From Thecamonas trahens ATCC 50062 (taxonomy: Eukaryota; Protista; Apusomonadida): a stretch of DNA of 64,000 nucleotides. Both the position numbers and the translations under genes were made by a program. Below are positions 51,074-62,933 of the stretch, one piece after another; within the stretch, counting starts at the first letter, position 1; each line of letters begins with the position of its first letter. The stretch covers positions 62,001 through 126,000 of the forward strand of contig NW_013657631.1 in assembly GCF_000142905.1 (NCBI RefSeq). The letters are read 5' to 3'. A model generated the notes under the pieces. The model made no database searches. It saw nothing but the letters and a program-made list of their open reading frames with translations, and had not been told where the DNA came from.

Positions 51074-54000
51074 ATGGAGCCAAACCAGACCCCCCTCACC
51101 GGTCATGGACAACCGCCTCACTGCTCGTCCTCTGCCTGGCAGCCATGATCTGGCTCCCTGCCCATCCCTCCACAGCCACCTCTTCGCATCATCCATCACC
51201 GTCCCCATCGTCGTCGTCATTGCCGTCATCGCCGCATCCGCAACCGCGCCATTCCATCTCTCCCCATCATTGGCTCCCGCTCGATCCGCACGCTCTCAAG
51301 TCGCAGACAGAGGCCATGTTTGTCCATGCCTACTCGGGCTATGTCGCTCATGGTTTCCCTGCCGATGAGCTCCGTCCGCTTGTCTGTCGCCCGCGCGGTC
51401 CTCAGCTTGGCCGTCGTCGTCCTCCACGCTCTCGATCGTCTGCAAGACACGCCTCGTACCATAGTGCTGATGCCGATGCCGGTGCTGCTGCTGATGCTGA
51501 TGCGGGTGCAGAGTCGCGCTCCCGCTCGCCGCGCTCTGCTCACGCTGACGCTGAGCTTGCTAAATGGGCGCGAGACTCGGTCCTCAACTCGCTCCGCATT
51601 CCGCAGCTGGTCGAAGAGGAGGAGGAGGCCGAGGTCGGGTCGGCCGAGGCAGCGCGCGGGACGCTCGATCACGCCTTTGGCGGCTTTCCGCTCACTCTCC
51701 TCGATGCCATGGACACATTGGCGGTGATGGGCGCGTGGGACTCCTACGTCGATGCGCTGTGGGCCTTTGTCGATGCCACGCCTGCCTTTGACACCAAGGT
51801 CGATGTCAACGTCTTTGAGCTCACCATCCGCGGCCTCGGCGCCCTCCTCGGCAACCATCTCTTGCTCGAGCCGCTGGATTCGGACCTGGCTTCTCCAGTG
51901 CCCGCCGCCGCCCTTGCCGCCCATCCGTCCGGTCGCGCATATCGCGGCGAGCTCCTCGCCCTGGCCGTAGACCTCGCCGACCGCCTGCTGCCGGCCTTTG
52001 ACACCCCGACTGGAATCCCGCGGTCGATGGTCAACCTTGGTGTGGCCAAGCCAGCGGCAGCGTTCCCGTCGGAAACCTGTACTGCCGGCGCTGGAACGCT
52101 CACGCTCGAATTTGTCGTTCTCTCGCGCGTCACAGGCGATGCCCGCTACGAGGAGGCGGTGATCAAGGCGCTTGTCGCTCTCCACGGCGCCCGGTCACAC
52201 CTTGGCCTCATGGGCAACACCATCGACGTCAACACCGGCCGCTGGTCGCGTTCCGACTCTTCGATCGGCGCAGGCATCGACTCCTTCTTCGAGTACCTAC
52301 TCAAGGCCCATGTCGTAACCGGCGAGGCGTGGTACGCGGACATGTTTGACTCGGCCGCCGCCGCCGTCGAGTCCCACATGCATCGCGGCGTCTTCTACCG
52401 GGTCGCTGAGATGAACACCGGCCGAGTCATCCGCGCCTCCATCTCGTCGCTCGGCGCCTTTTGGCCGACCGTTCTCACCCTTGACGGCCAGCTCGCCGCG
52501 GCGCAAAACGCGTTTGAAGGCTTCTATGCTCTTTGGCGCAAGTTTGGCTTCCTCCCCGAGGTTGTCGCCCTCACCGACGGAGGCGCCATCTCGCCGACCT
52601 CGCCGCACTATCCGCTTCGTCCCGAGCTCATCGAGAGCGCGTACTACCTCTACCGCGCCACCCGCGATCCCTACTACCTCGCTGTCGGCGCAGACGTCCT
52701 CCATGCCATCGCCACGCACTGTAAGACCCGCTGTGGGTACGCAGGCGTTGCCGATGTTCGTACCCGCCGCCTCGATGATCGCATGGACTCGTACTTTCTT
52801 GCAGAGACCCTCAAGTACCTCTACCTGCTCTTTGACGTCAACGAGACTTCGTTTGTCCACAACACCACCGCTGCGTCCTTCCCGCCAGGAGGCTACATCT
52901 TTACCACCGAGGCTCACCTGCTCCCAGTTTCGCAAGCCGTGCATGCTGCTGCCCCGCAGCCCGCAGCCCACACTGCGTCGTATGTTGTCCGCCTCGCCGC
53001 GCCCGACATCGCCCCATGGATCACGTCGCTCTCAACGCACCCCCGCCGCCGCAGCTCGGCACCGCAGCCACAGGGCGTCCCGCGGACGTGCTCGACCGAC
53101 GAGTGGCGGACGGCGGCAGATCCGTACGGCCCATCGCCGTATGCCGCCGAGGCTCGCGCCCTGGCAGACACTGCCGTTGGCCTCACCTCGCCCGAGTTTG
53201 CACCCGAGGCCTGGGCCGAGGGCGGGACCTCGCTCGAGGCTGCTGCTGCTGCCGCCGCTGCCGTCGCGGCCGCGGCCGCCGCTGCGCTCCCCGACGAGCT
53301 CGAGCTGACCCAGGCCCCGCCAGGCCCTGCCGCCGCCGACCTCGGCGCCAACGTCGCGGTCCTCTATCTCTACACCAAGACCAGCTCCGGCTGGCGCCGC
53401 ACGGAGCTTGACATGGCCGAGACCGGTCTAGGTATCGCTAGCGAGCCCGGCCGTGCCGGCATGGTCGTTCACACCGTCGACGGCAAGCCTGTCGACTCGC
53501 CCGACATTCACCTGGTCATGCTCACCAACCCGCCGGCCAACGATCGAGACCATGGCTACTGCGTCGACACGGCACCGGTCGTCCTCGCTGTCGACGGCAG
53601 CGGCGACGAGCTGCCGCCGCAAGAGTATGCCGCCGCACCGGCGCTCTTTGGCCCGCGAGTTCCTGAAGAAGGTGTACACGCTCCCATGGTGCTGGCTAGC
53701 TCCCTTGCATGCATCCGCATTCCGCGGACCACCACATCGTACGCGGGCCGCATCGTTCTTGTCTCGCGCGGCGGGTGCACATTTGCCGACAAGGTGGCCA
53801 ACCTGGCCGCTGCTGGCGCCACTGCAGTCGTCGTTGCCAACCACGGCTCCGGCGACGTCTCGCCCGATGTCGTCTTCAAGATGATCGGCTCCGGCTACCG
53901 CGCCGCAGACCTTGTGCCTGCCCTCATGGTCTCGCGCTCGGTCGGCAACATCTTGCGAAGCCGCATCCGCGACCGCGAGACCTCGCACCAGCCTCCTCTT

Positions 54001-54189
54001 GTCGGCGCGCTCTGGGCGCTCCCGTCGTCAGCCGGCCAGGTCGTCGACGCCAATCTGCTGTCGTACTCGGACGAACCGGTCGTCAACATCCGCGTCTTTT
54101 GGCATGGCGTTGAGCTCGACGACATCCCGCAGCTCATCGCCCACCAGTCGCGACCGCCGCGCCCGGTCACCCCGCGCCTCGAAAAGTAA
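51074..54189 (+). CDS. EDEM3-like GH47 alpha-mannosidase with PA domain
   Basis: MFVHAYSGY..FPADELRPL, LTLLDAMDTL, VFELTIR.LG, GAGIDSFFEYLLK, YPLRPELIES, SYFLAETLKYLYLLF, YIFTTEAH; PA domain IVLVSRGGCTFADK. ATG 51074 needs one extra C at 51090-51095; in-frame alternative ATG at 51145. Confidence 0.92.
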
Positions 54190-54222
54190 CATCGCGTGCC
54201 ATCCCTCCTCCTCCGCTCCGTC

Positions 54223-54966
54223 TCACCTCTGCCTTGCCAGCGCCTCTGCCGCCGCAGCCAGCGCGTCCGCATCTAGCGGATCCAGACCCGGCCCAAGCAG
54301 ACCGTCTGCCGGCGAACCAGCCCATCCCGCCGCCCCGTACCGATCCGCCAGCGCCACCACATGCTCCGGCGCCAGCGCTGCCACCGCCACTGCCCGCCGC
54401 GCAACTAGCGCCGCAAGCCGCTCCTCAAACACCTGTCCAGCCCCAGCCTCTCCATCGCCTGGCGCGAGTTCGGCCAGCCGCTCTGCATACTGGTTGGCGG
54501 CAAGAACAAACATGTGCGCATCGTGCGCTGCGGCGCGCACCAGCTCGGCCTCGTCATCGTCGCTCTCATAGTCTCCATAGTCGTACGAGTCGTCGCCAGA
54601 ACCAATGCCGAGCTCGATCACCCCAGCTCGTCCGCCTCTCCCGACCGCACTCTCGAGCTCGCCGGGCTCCATCACCCTTGCGCAGCGCATCACCGATCCG
54701 ATCTCGTCCTCGCTGCGGACCACCACCCTCACCTCGTCCTCGCCGTCCTCGCCGTCGTCTCCTTCATCCGCCACGTCTTCCATTGTCCTTCGATGCCGCG
54801 AGACCGGGACTGCCGCAGCATTCTCATCCTGACCATCATCGCCATCATCGCCACCACCGCGACCGCAATCTCCCTCCAGTTCTCCCCTGGCCATTGCGGG
54901 ACTCGCCGCCGCCCGTGCAGCACCCGCCAAGTTCCTGACACGCTTCCTCACAGGCTCACTCGACAT
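54223..54966 (-). CDS. Hypothetical acidic protein
   Basis: 247-aa ATG-initiated ORF with coding-like codon usage that fills the space between EDEM and 6PGD; no recognised domain. Confidence 0.55.
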   Translation of the reverse strand: MSSEPVRKRVRNLAGAARAAASPAMARGELEGDCGRGGGDDGDDGQDENAAAVPVSRHRRTMEDVADEGDDGEDGEDEVRVVVRSEDEIGSVMRCARVMEPGELESAVGRGGRAGVIELGIGSGDDSYDYGDYESDDDEAELVRAAAHDAHMFVLAANQYAERLAELAPGDGEAGAGQVFEERLAALVARRAVAVAALAPEHVVALADRYGAAGWAGSPADGLLGPGLDPLDADALAAAAEALARQR

Positions 54967-55447
54967 GTCTACGCCCTGCCCTCACACGTGGCTCGGAGAG
55001 ATTGGTGGACGATCTCTTTCTCGCAACGAGGTGGCGCGGGGCAGGGGTGGGGGGAGGGGGCAAGGCCGGCGAGGTGTTCGCGATCATGATCACGATCAAC
55101 CCACTTGATCACTCACCTGATCATCAACCCTATCCACTACCTACCTACCACACCCGCCATCCCACAGCACACCACAACCGATCCATGAACACAGTGTCCT
55201 GAGGGAGGATGGGGGAGAAGGGAAGACAGTGTATGTGTGTGTGTGTGTGGGGGGGGGGGGGAGGGGGGAGATGACACGGCATGTGCTGTGGCGGTGGCTT
55301 GTCATGTCATCGTCGTGGGAGCGACATGACGTGGAGCTGACAATGATGACGACATGGTTTGGTGGCAAAGCATATAAAGTGCAGCCTTTTTGGCAGAGGG
55401 AGTCAGGCAGAGCCGCAGCGGTTACACAGCTCTAACTTACTTCTACA

Positions 55448-57062
55448 ATGGCAGAGACCAAGGGCGACATGTATGTGTGACAGAGGAGGAGCAGACGGGG
55501 CGGTGGGTGTGGTGGGTGTGGTGGGGAGGGACATGGGGGGAGAGGGAGGAACTCACATGAGGGCGGTGATGACCCATGCCATGGCTGGCTGTCCCACCGA
55601 ACACGTGGCGAATTGGGGCTTGGCGGCGCTCAGTGGGCTGATTGGGCTGGCGGTCATGGGCCAGAACCTCATCCTCAACATGAACGACAAGGGCTACACC
55701 GTGGTGGCGTACAACCGAACGCAGGCCAAGGTCGACAAGTTCCTTGCCGGCGAGGCGAGTGGGACCAAGGTGCAGGGCGCGTCGTCGCTGGAGGAGCTTG
55801 TGGGCAAGCTCAAGTCGCCGCGGGTGGTCATGATCATGATCAAGTCGGGCTCGCCTGTTGACGGCGTCATCGACGAGCTCAAGCCGCTGCTCTCGCCGGG
55901 CGATGTCATCATCGACGGCGGCAACGAGGACTACCGCATCACCAACCGGCGGGTGAAGGAGCTCGGCGAGGCCGGCATCCTGCATCTCGGGTGCGGCGTG
56001 TCGGGCGGCGAGGAGGGAGCTCGCTTTGGCCCGTCGCTCATGCCGGGCGGAGCGCCCGAGGCCTGGCCCATCGTGAAGGACCTGCTGCAGGCGACGGCGG
56101 CCAAGACGCCCGACGGCGAGCCGTGCTGCGATTTCATGGGCTCGGGCGGCGCCGGGCATTTTGTCAAGATGACCCACAACGGCATCGAGTACGGCGACAT
56201 GCAGCTCATCTGCGAGGCGTACTCGCTCATGCTTGCCCAAGGCATGGACCACGACGAGCTTGCCGCCACCTTTACCGAGTGGAACTCGTCCGAGCTTGAC
56301 TCGTACCTCATCGAGATCACCGCAGAAATTATGGCCTTCCGCACCGACGACGGCGAGCCGCTGCTCCCGCTCATTCTGGACAAGGCCGGCCAGAAGGGCA
56401 CCGGCCGCCTCACGGCCATCTCGGCCCTCGACTTTGGCATTCCGGTCACCCTCATTGCCGAGGCCGTCTTTGCCCGCTGCCTCTCGGCGCTCAAGGACCA
56501 GCGCGTGCGCGCTGCGCCGCAGCTGAGCGGCCCGGCCGCGAGCTCCGCCGACGACCGCACCGCCTTTCTCGACAAGCTTCGCTCGGCCTTGTACGCCGCC
56601 AAGATCCTCTCGTACGCGCAGGGCTTTATGCTCCTCGCTGAGGCCTCGGCCAAGTTTGAGTGGGAGCTCAACATGGCGTCGATTGCCCTCACCTGGCGTG
56701 AGGGCTGCATTATCCGCTCGGCCTTCCTCGGCAACATTGCCGACGCCTACCACAAGGACCCGAGTCTGGAGAACCTGCTCTTTGACGACTTTTTCAACGC
56801 CGCCATTACCAAGCACGAGTCTGCCCTCCGCGAGGTGGTGGCCTATGGCGTGCTCAACGGCATTGCGCTCCCTGCCTTTTCGGCCGCGCTCTCGTTCTAC
56901 GATGGCTTCCGCACCGCAGATGGCTCGGCCTGCCTCATTCAGGCCCTGCGCGACCGCTTCGGCGCCCACCAGTACGAGCTCAAGTCGAACCCTGGTACCT
57001 TTATCCACACCAACTGGACCGGCCACGGCGGCGACGTGGCGTCGTCGACGTACAACGCGTAG
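55448..57062 (+). CDS. PGD: 6-phosphogluconate dehydrogenase; exons 55448-55470 and 55634-57062
   Basis: Spliced N-terminus MAETKGDI-GLIGLAVMGQNL, GVSGGEEGA, GHFVKMTHNGIEYGDMQLI, GQKGTG and QALRDRFGAH. Intron GTATGT...CAG at 55471-55633. Confidence 0.97.
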
Positions 57063-57146
57063 TGTGAAGGAAACAAACGAGTTCATTGTGTGCCAGTGAG
57101 AAGGGCAGGCGGGGAGGGGGGGGGAGAGGGATGCGCTGCGCTGATT

Positions 57147-60100
57147 CTATGGGAGCGGCGGCGGCGGGGCAAAGACGGCCGGTGACGGCTTGGGCGGGAG
57201 CGAGTCGCGCCGGCGCGGCGGCTTGTTGGGCGGTGGCAGCGAGATCTTGCGCGGGATCGGCGGCGGGCGACCGGGCGAGGCGGCAGGCGACGAGCCGGCC
57301 GACGACGAGTGCAGTCCGGCGGGCGGCATGGGCAGGATGTCGATGTCAAAGTCGTCGTCGGGGAGTGGCGGCGGCGGGCCTGTGATACGCGACGGGGCGC
57401 CAAAGATCGACGGCGGCGTCGAGTTCCGCCGCTCGCTGGGGACAAAGTTGGGAGGAATGGCCGACCGCGGCGCGTCCGACGCCGGCGAGCCCGGGATGGG
57501 CGGCGGCGGCTTGGGCATTGCCGACGCTGCAAGGGCGGCGACGAGGTCCGGCGGTGGTGGCGGAAGTTCGTCCGCGGGCGGAGGCGGGAGCGGCGACGGG
57601 TGCGCCGCCGGGAGCGGGCCTGCAGCGACGGCGGCGGCGGCGATGGCGGCAGCGTCCAGCTCGGCGACAGCGTGGGGGGTGCGGGTCGACGAGGCAAGAG
57701 GCGACTGCTTGCGCGGCGAGGCGGCGCGCGAGGCAATGTCGGAGATGCGTTGCGAGAGCGAGGCGCGGCGGGTACGGCGGATGGCTGAGGCCGCAGCGGC
57801 GACGGGCGCGTCGGCGGCCTTTTCGGCCTTATTGGCCTCAGGCGCGGCGCGGGCCTCGCGCTCGGCGTCGAGGCAGTGCCAGAGCAGGACCGGGTAGATG
57901 ACGTCGCGCGGGGCGGCGTTGGCGGCCGGATCATTCTCGTCGGCAAGGAGCGCCTCAACTTCAGGCGGCGAAAAGGCAGGCAGTGCCTCGCGGGCCATGA
58001 ACAGGGCCTCGAGAAGGAGGCGGACGGCACCGACCTCGTTGCCGAGGAGAATGGCAGTCTCGGCGAGCTTGCGCCGGGTAGCGAGGACGTGGACAAGCGG
58101 GACGCGGGTGAGGTCCAGCGAGAGGAGTTTGTCACGGATGGCGTAGGCCGCGTCGTAGTCAAAGTTCTTCATGGCGCGGGTGGCGAGGATCTCGGCGTAC
58201 TTGATGGCCTTTGCCGGCATGTTCGACGAGCAGTAGTGGCGGAAGAGCGCCTCCATGTCGGTGGCGAGTGCGCCAGAGAGCGCCTCGAGGCAGAGCGCGA
58301 TTTCGGCGTGGAGGAGTGCGCGCTCGCGGTAGGGCAGAAGGTCGTAGACAACGTCATGAATGACCTTGTTGCAGAAGCGGAAGACCGAGCTCGGCGTGAG
58401 GGCCGCCGAGTCGGATCGCACCGCCTGAAGGTGGGCAAACATGTCGCTGGACGAACCCGAGAGATTGGTCCCGCCCGAGCTCGCCGACGGGAGCGAGCCC
58501 GAGTTCGAGAGTGTTCCCGAGCCGTCGAGCGCTTCGTGCGGCTGCGCGGCAGCGAGTTCGATAAAGCCGACAGCGATGAGGGCCTGGAGCTCAGCCTCGA
58601 CGGTGGGCCAAAGCGCGGGCGTGCCCGACGCCGACGGGGCGGCGGACGGCCCGGTCCGCGACGGGTGGACTTGCATGAGGATCGAGGCCGAAAAGGTCAT
58701 GCCGATGCAGGCTGCAACCTTAGAGACCTTGGCAACCGAGGGCGCGAGCCGGTCCATGCGCGACACAATGTACGCCTGCAGCGGACCGGGAACCGGCATG
58801 GAGCGAATGTCCTGCGAGGAGACGCCCGACGGGACGACGCAGTAGCCCGACTCGATGTGGACAAGCTTGCGGTCCTTCATGGCGTGGACCATTTGCTCAG
58901 CAAAAAACGGGTTGCCGCCGGTCTTGGAGACCACAGTCTCCTCGACAACTGACGGCAGCTCCTTGACCTTGAGGCGGGCGGCGGCGATTTGCCGGATGGC
59001 GCAAGGAGGAAGTGAGTCGAGCGAGACGGTCATCGACCGCTGGCTCCGCGCATCTCCGCGGAGCTCGGCGTAAAAGCGCGGGACGTGGCCAAACGGCCGG
59101 GCGCCAGTCATGACCATAAGGCCTGGCAGCTCAGCGTTGACTGCGGCGACGAGCAGATTGCGCGACGACGAGTCGAGGTGGTTGATGTCGTCCATGAGCA
59201 GCAGCGTCGGCGCGCTCCGCGACTGCCACTCGAGAATCGCCATGCAGAGCTTGCCGGTGGCGTCGAGCTTGGCTCGCCCGCCGAGCGACGGAGCACCCGG
59301 CCCATCGACTGGGATGCGAGCGTGGAGCTTGAGGCCTGGCAGAACGCCGGCAAGGAGGTAAATGGGGTCGATGTTGTCAAGGCTGGCCGAGAGGCCCGTG
59401 TCCTCGTAGATCTTGTACACCAAGTTGGCCTGCTGGGCGGGCCCTCGGCGCGCGGCCGGCGGCCCGGCGGCGTGCAGGGCGTCCGACTCGGCGTCGTTGT
59501 TGATGGGGAGGAGAGAGTCCGAGCTCCGAGCGCCAGCGAGCACGTCCGAGAGCACGCCGGCAAACGACGAGTACTGGATGCTCTTGGAGATTTCCGAGCC
59601 GCAACCCTGGACGACCGAGTAGCCGAGGGCAACGGCGTACCGCTGGGCCTCTTCCAGCAGGCGCGTTTTGCCCTCGCCGGCCTCACCCTCAACGCACACC
59701 ACGCGGAGGCCCGTATTGTGGTTGACGGCGCCGGTGCGGGCGCGGAGAGCGCGAGCAACAAGCAGCATTTCGCGGTTTCGGCCGACAAGCGGCACGTTGC
59801 GGCGCTCCATGTCGACGAGCGACTTGAGCGCCTTGCGCTCAGCAATGGCAGCGGGCGCCCAGACCTCGATCTCGTTGGCCTTGCCCTTGAATTTTTTGCG
59901 GCCGATGCGCTCAAACTGGACCCGCCGCCCTGTGGCATAGCATGACGAGACGGTGGCGCGGTCCATGGCGATGGCGTCGGGGTAAAGGTCATGAGCCGCG
60001 CCGCCGTATTGACGGCATCGCCAATGACGGTGTACTCGCGCCGCTCCTTGGAGCCGACGATTCCGCAAAAGGCAGTGCCGGTGGTGATGCCGATGGCCGA

Positions 60101-61346
60101 GACAACCTGGATCAACGCGAGTTGCTCCTGTGACTCGAGCGCGGCGAGAACCGCCCGCTCGGGATCGTCCTCGTGCGCAAACGGCGGGAGGCCAAAGCCG
60201 GCGAGGATGATGAAGCCCTTGTCGTCAAGTAGGATTTTGTTGATCACACCACCGTACCTGTAAAAGGCGGTCTGGATGGTGCGGACGACCTGGTGCGCCC
60301 GCTCGAGCGACGCCGCGTTGGTCAGCTTGACATTCTTGATGCACATAAAAACATGGTGAGTCGGCGGAGCTCGGCGACCTGGGTCAGCTCGCCGGGCTTG
60401 GTGTTCTTCTGAATGACCTTGGGAATAAACATGCGGAGTGAGCCGGTGACCCGTGCCTCAAAGGCCGTCTTGACCACGGCCTGCGTCATGACCGGCGCGT
60501 CTTCAAAGGCAGGCTTGGCGCCGAGGATCTGTACAAAGCCGTCGGCCTGGTCAGCAAGTGACGCGGCAGCGGCCTTGATGTGGACCGGGCCGCCGTCAAA
60601 CATGGCGTCGACGAGCGACCAGACTTGCGGTGAGACGACGGTGCCGTGCGAGGAGAGCGAGCCGCCGAGCGCAATCTGCGCCAGCGGCTCGCCACACAGC
60701 AGGTATGTCCATGAGTCAGCGACGCCACCGACCTGCAAAAAGTGCAGCTGGCCGGCGCCCACGCCCATGTGCAGCCGCGGCTCGTCCGAGTTGGGATCCG
60801 AGTTGACCGCCTCGTCGATCGTCGCGGCGCATTTGACTGCCGCAAACGCGCACTCGCGCAGAATCTCATCCGGCAGCGCCATCTTGTGCTCCGAGTTGTG
60901 CTTTGAGCCCCACATGGCAATGAGCGCGTCGCCGGCAAACAGAATGACGTCGCCGCCGTGCTCGTGCACCATTCGGATCAGCCGTCCAAAGTACTGGTTG
61001 AGGAACGAGACAAGCTTCTCGGCTCCGTCCGGGCCCTCACGTGCATACTTTTCCGTCAGCGGAGTAAAGCCCGCAATGTCGCAGAACACCACTGCGCCGT
61101 CAAATGACTCGACCCGCGGCGCCCATACCTCGCCAGCCTGCATCGTGAAGCAGTGCCGGACCGTCGCCAGCGGCACGTACGATGCCAGCGTCTCGGCCAC
61201 CACCAGCGATGATTCGGCATGACCCGAGCCCTGTCCGGCCTGCTTGAGATGCACACCTCCACGAAAGTGTGTCGCTTCTATGTACATATCCGCCCGCACT
61301 GCCAGCCGCGTCCTCGTCTTTGCCACCTTGTCATACTCGCTGTGGC
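57147..61346 (-). CDS. Soluble adenylyl cyclase-like (ADCY10-type): tandem cyclase domains, STAND NTPase, helical region, Pro-rich tail; two frame breaks (~60347-60351, ~59984-59986); 5' end uncertain near the gap
   Basis: C1: VFCDIAGFTPLTE..GAEKL..FAGDA. C2: INKILLDDKG..EYTVIGDAVNTAARLM. LVGRNRE, Walker A GEAGEGKT, Walker B LLLMDD and GGNPFF. Possible acceptor CAG ends at 61347. Confidence 0.9.
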
Positions 61347-61606
61347 CTGTGTGTGTTGAGAATGATGAAGATGACGACCATGATGACCATGACCATGATG
61401 ATAATGATAACGTGAGTACGACGAGGGTATGTCGTGTTTCACCCATTGTGTGGCAACAGAACGCAGTGAGACTGCCATGCCACCCCCTGTGCACACCAGC
61501 AAGCGAGGGACGAGAGGCGAGGGGCGAGGGATGGAGGAAGACGGGGGGAAGGGGGGGGGGGGTCGGGGGGGGGTTACCGGGTCCCCCGTACCCGTGGGGA
61601 GGCTGG

Positions 61607-61886
61607 NNNNNNNNNNNNNNNNNNNNNNNNNNNNNNNNNNNNNNNNNNNNNNNNNNNNNNNNNNNNNNNNNNNNNNNNNNNNNNNNNNNNNNNNNNNNNN
61701 NNNNNNNNNNNNNNNNNNNNNNNNNNNNNNNNNNNNNNNNNNNNNNNNNNNNNNNNNNNNNNNNNNNNNNNNNNNNNNNNNNNNNNNNNNNNNNNNNNNN
61801 NNNNNNNNNNNNNNNNNNNNNNNNNNNNNNNNNNNNNNNNNNNNNNNNNNNNNNNNNNNNNNNNNNNNNNNNNNNNNNNNNNNNNN
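61607..61886. other. Assembly gap (280 N) flanked by G-run-rich sequence
   Basis: Run of n in the sequence. Confidence 1.
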
Positions 61887-62933
61887 TGGCATTCCCGAGA
61901 AGAAGAAGGGGAAGGGGGAGGGGAAGGGGGGCCGGGGCGAGAAAAAGTGGTGCCACACAATTGGTTGCTATTGACACGCGCACATTGGAGGAAAGGCAGA
62001 AACGGCGACAAGGGGGGAGGGGAGGGGGGGGAGGAAGGACATGCGGTGGTGGTGGTGGGTGTGGGTGTAGAGGGGGAGGGAGTGGACGTACTGGCGGCAA
62101 GAGTGGCTGCGCGGTGTGGGTTCCGTCGCTGCTCCTCCTTGAGCTTTGCTGCAAGCCTCCGTATGCACATCTTGTTCGTCTTGTGCACACGATGACCATG
62201 GACTACTTGCACGTCACTGGCAACCGTAAGTGCTCGGCCGCAGCACCAGCAAAGGTCACTGTCCGACATGCCAGCCCTCCTCGCACAAGCTCTCGCTCTC
62301 CACTTGCACAACGAGAAGTGCCTTTCCCCCCCCCCCCCCCCCCCCTTCCTTCTGCACCCACCCCCGCCAATAAGCCTGAACATGGCATCACATACACAAA
62401 CTACCAATGTTCCGGTCACAATTGGTGAAACACGTGCACACAACAGGTCGACCTGGTCAGCCAGCGATGGTTGGGGCGGGTACCATTGCATTGACCTGCT
62501 ACTGGTCTCTGCCTGGAATGATACACACTACCATTGACATACCCCAATGCCATAAGCTTGGTTTTGTCGTGCCACCCGATGATCTCAAGTCGGCGTACAT
62601 ACCAAGCCAGAGGTGGTGGGTAGCAGCCACCACTACCACCCGGATACGAACGATGCCGGCCTTGAAGCCCGATCCGTCCTCACCCGATATGGTATTCATC
62701 CATGCCCCCATCGTTACCCAGCTCAAGCCTCTCCCCTAGCCGCCTGCTCGGTTCCAGTGAGCCCAGCCGTGGCTTGTCTGGCGCACCTTGTCGGTGGTCA
62801 TCGAGATGTGATCGACGTCGATCTCGAGTTAGCCTCTAAGCAGTCACACGGTTGGTCTGACTCGGCCAGGAAAGACGTCCGGAGCTGGCAAGAGGCCGGG
62901 CGGAGGTACTCTCGTCGCGCATATTCTGCAGAC

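Noticed and set aside
39553-57086. Long antisense ORFs such as 39553-40611, 51226-52185 and 55443-57086
   Set aside because: They are shadow ORFs produced by GC3-rich codon usage opposite well-conserved genes.
1969-60351. Micro-introns or stop-codon readthrough as explanation of the frame breaks
   Set aside because: The frames change, so readthrough cannot repair them. At gephyrin, LAS1 and sAC the conserved spacing leaves little room for an excised 3n+2 intron, and I saw no consistent GT..AG pair.
1969-60351. A shared canonical X XXY YYZ slippery heptamer at the break sites
   Set aside because: Only G TTT TTA and C AAA AAG come close; no common motif or obvious downstream structure was seen by eye, which weakens the programmed-frameshift reading.
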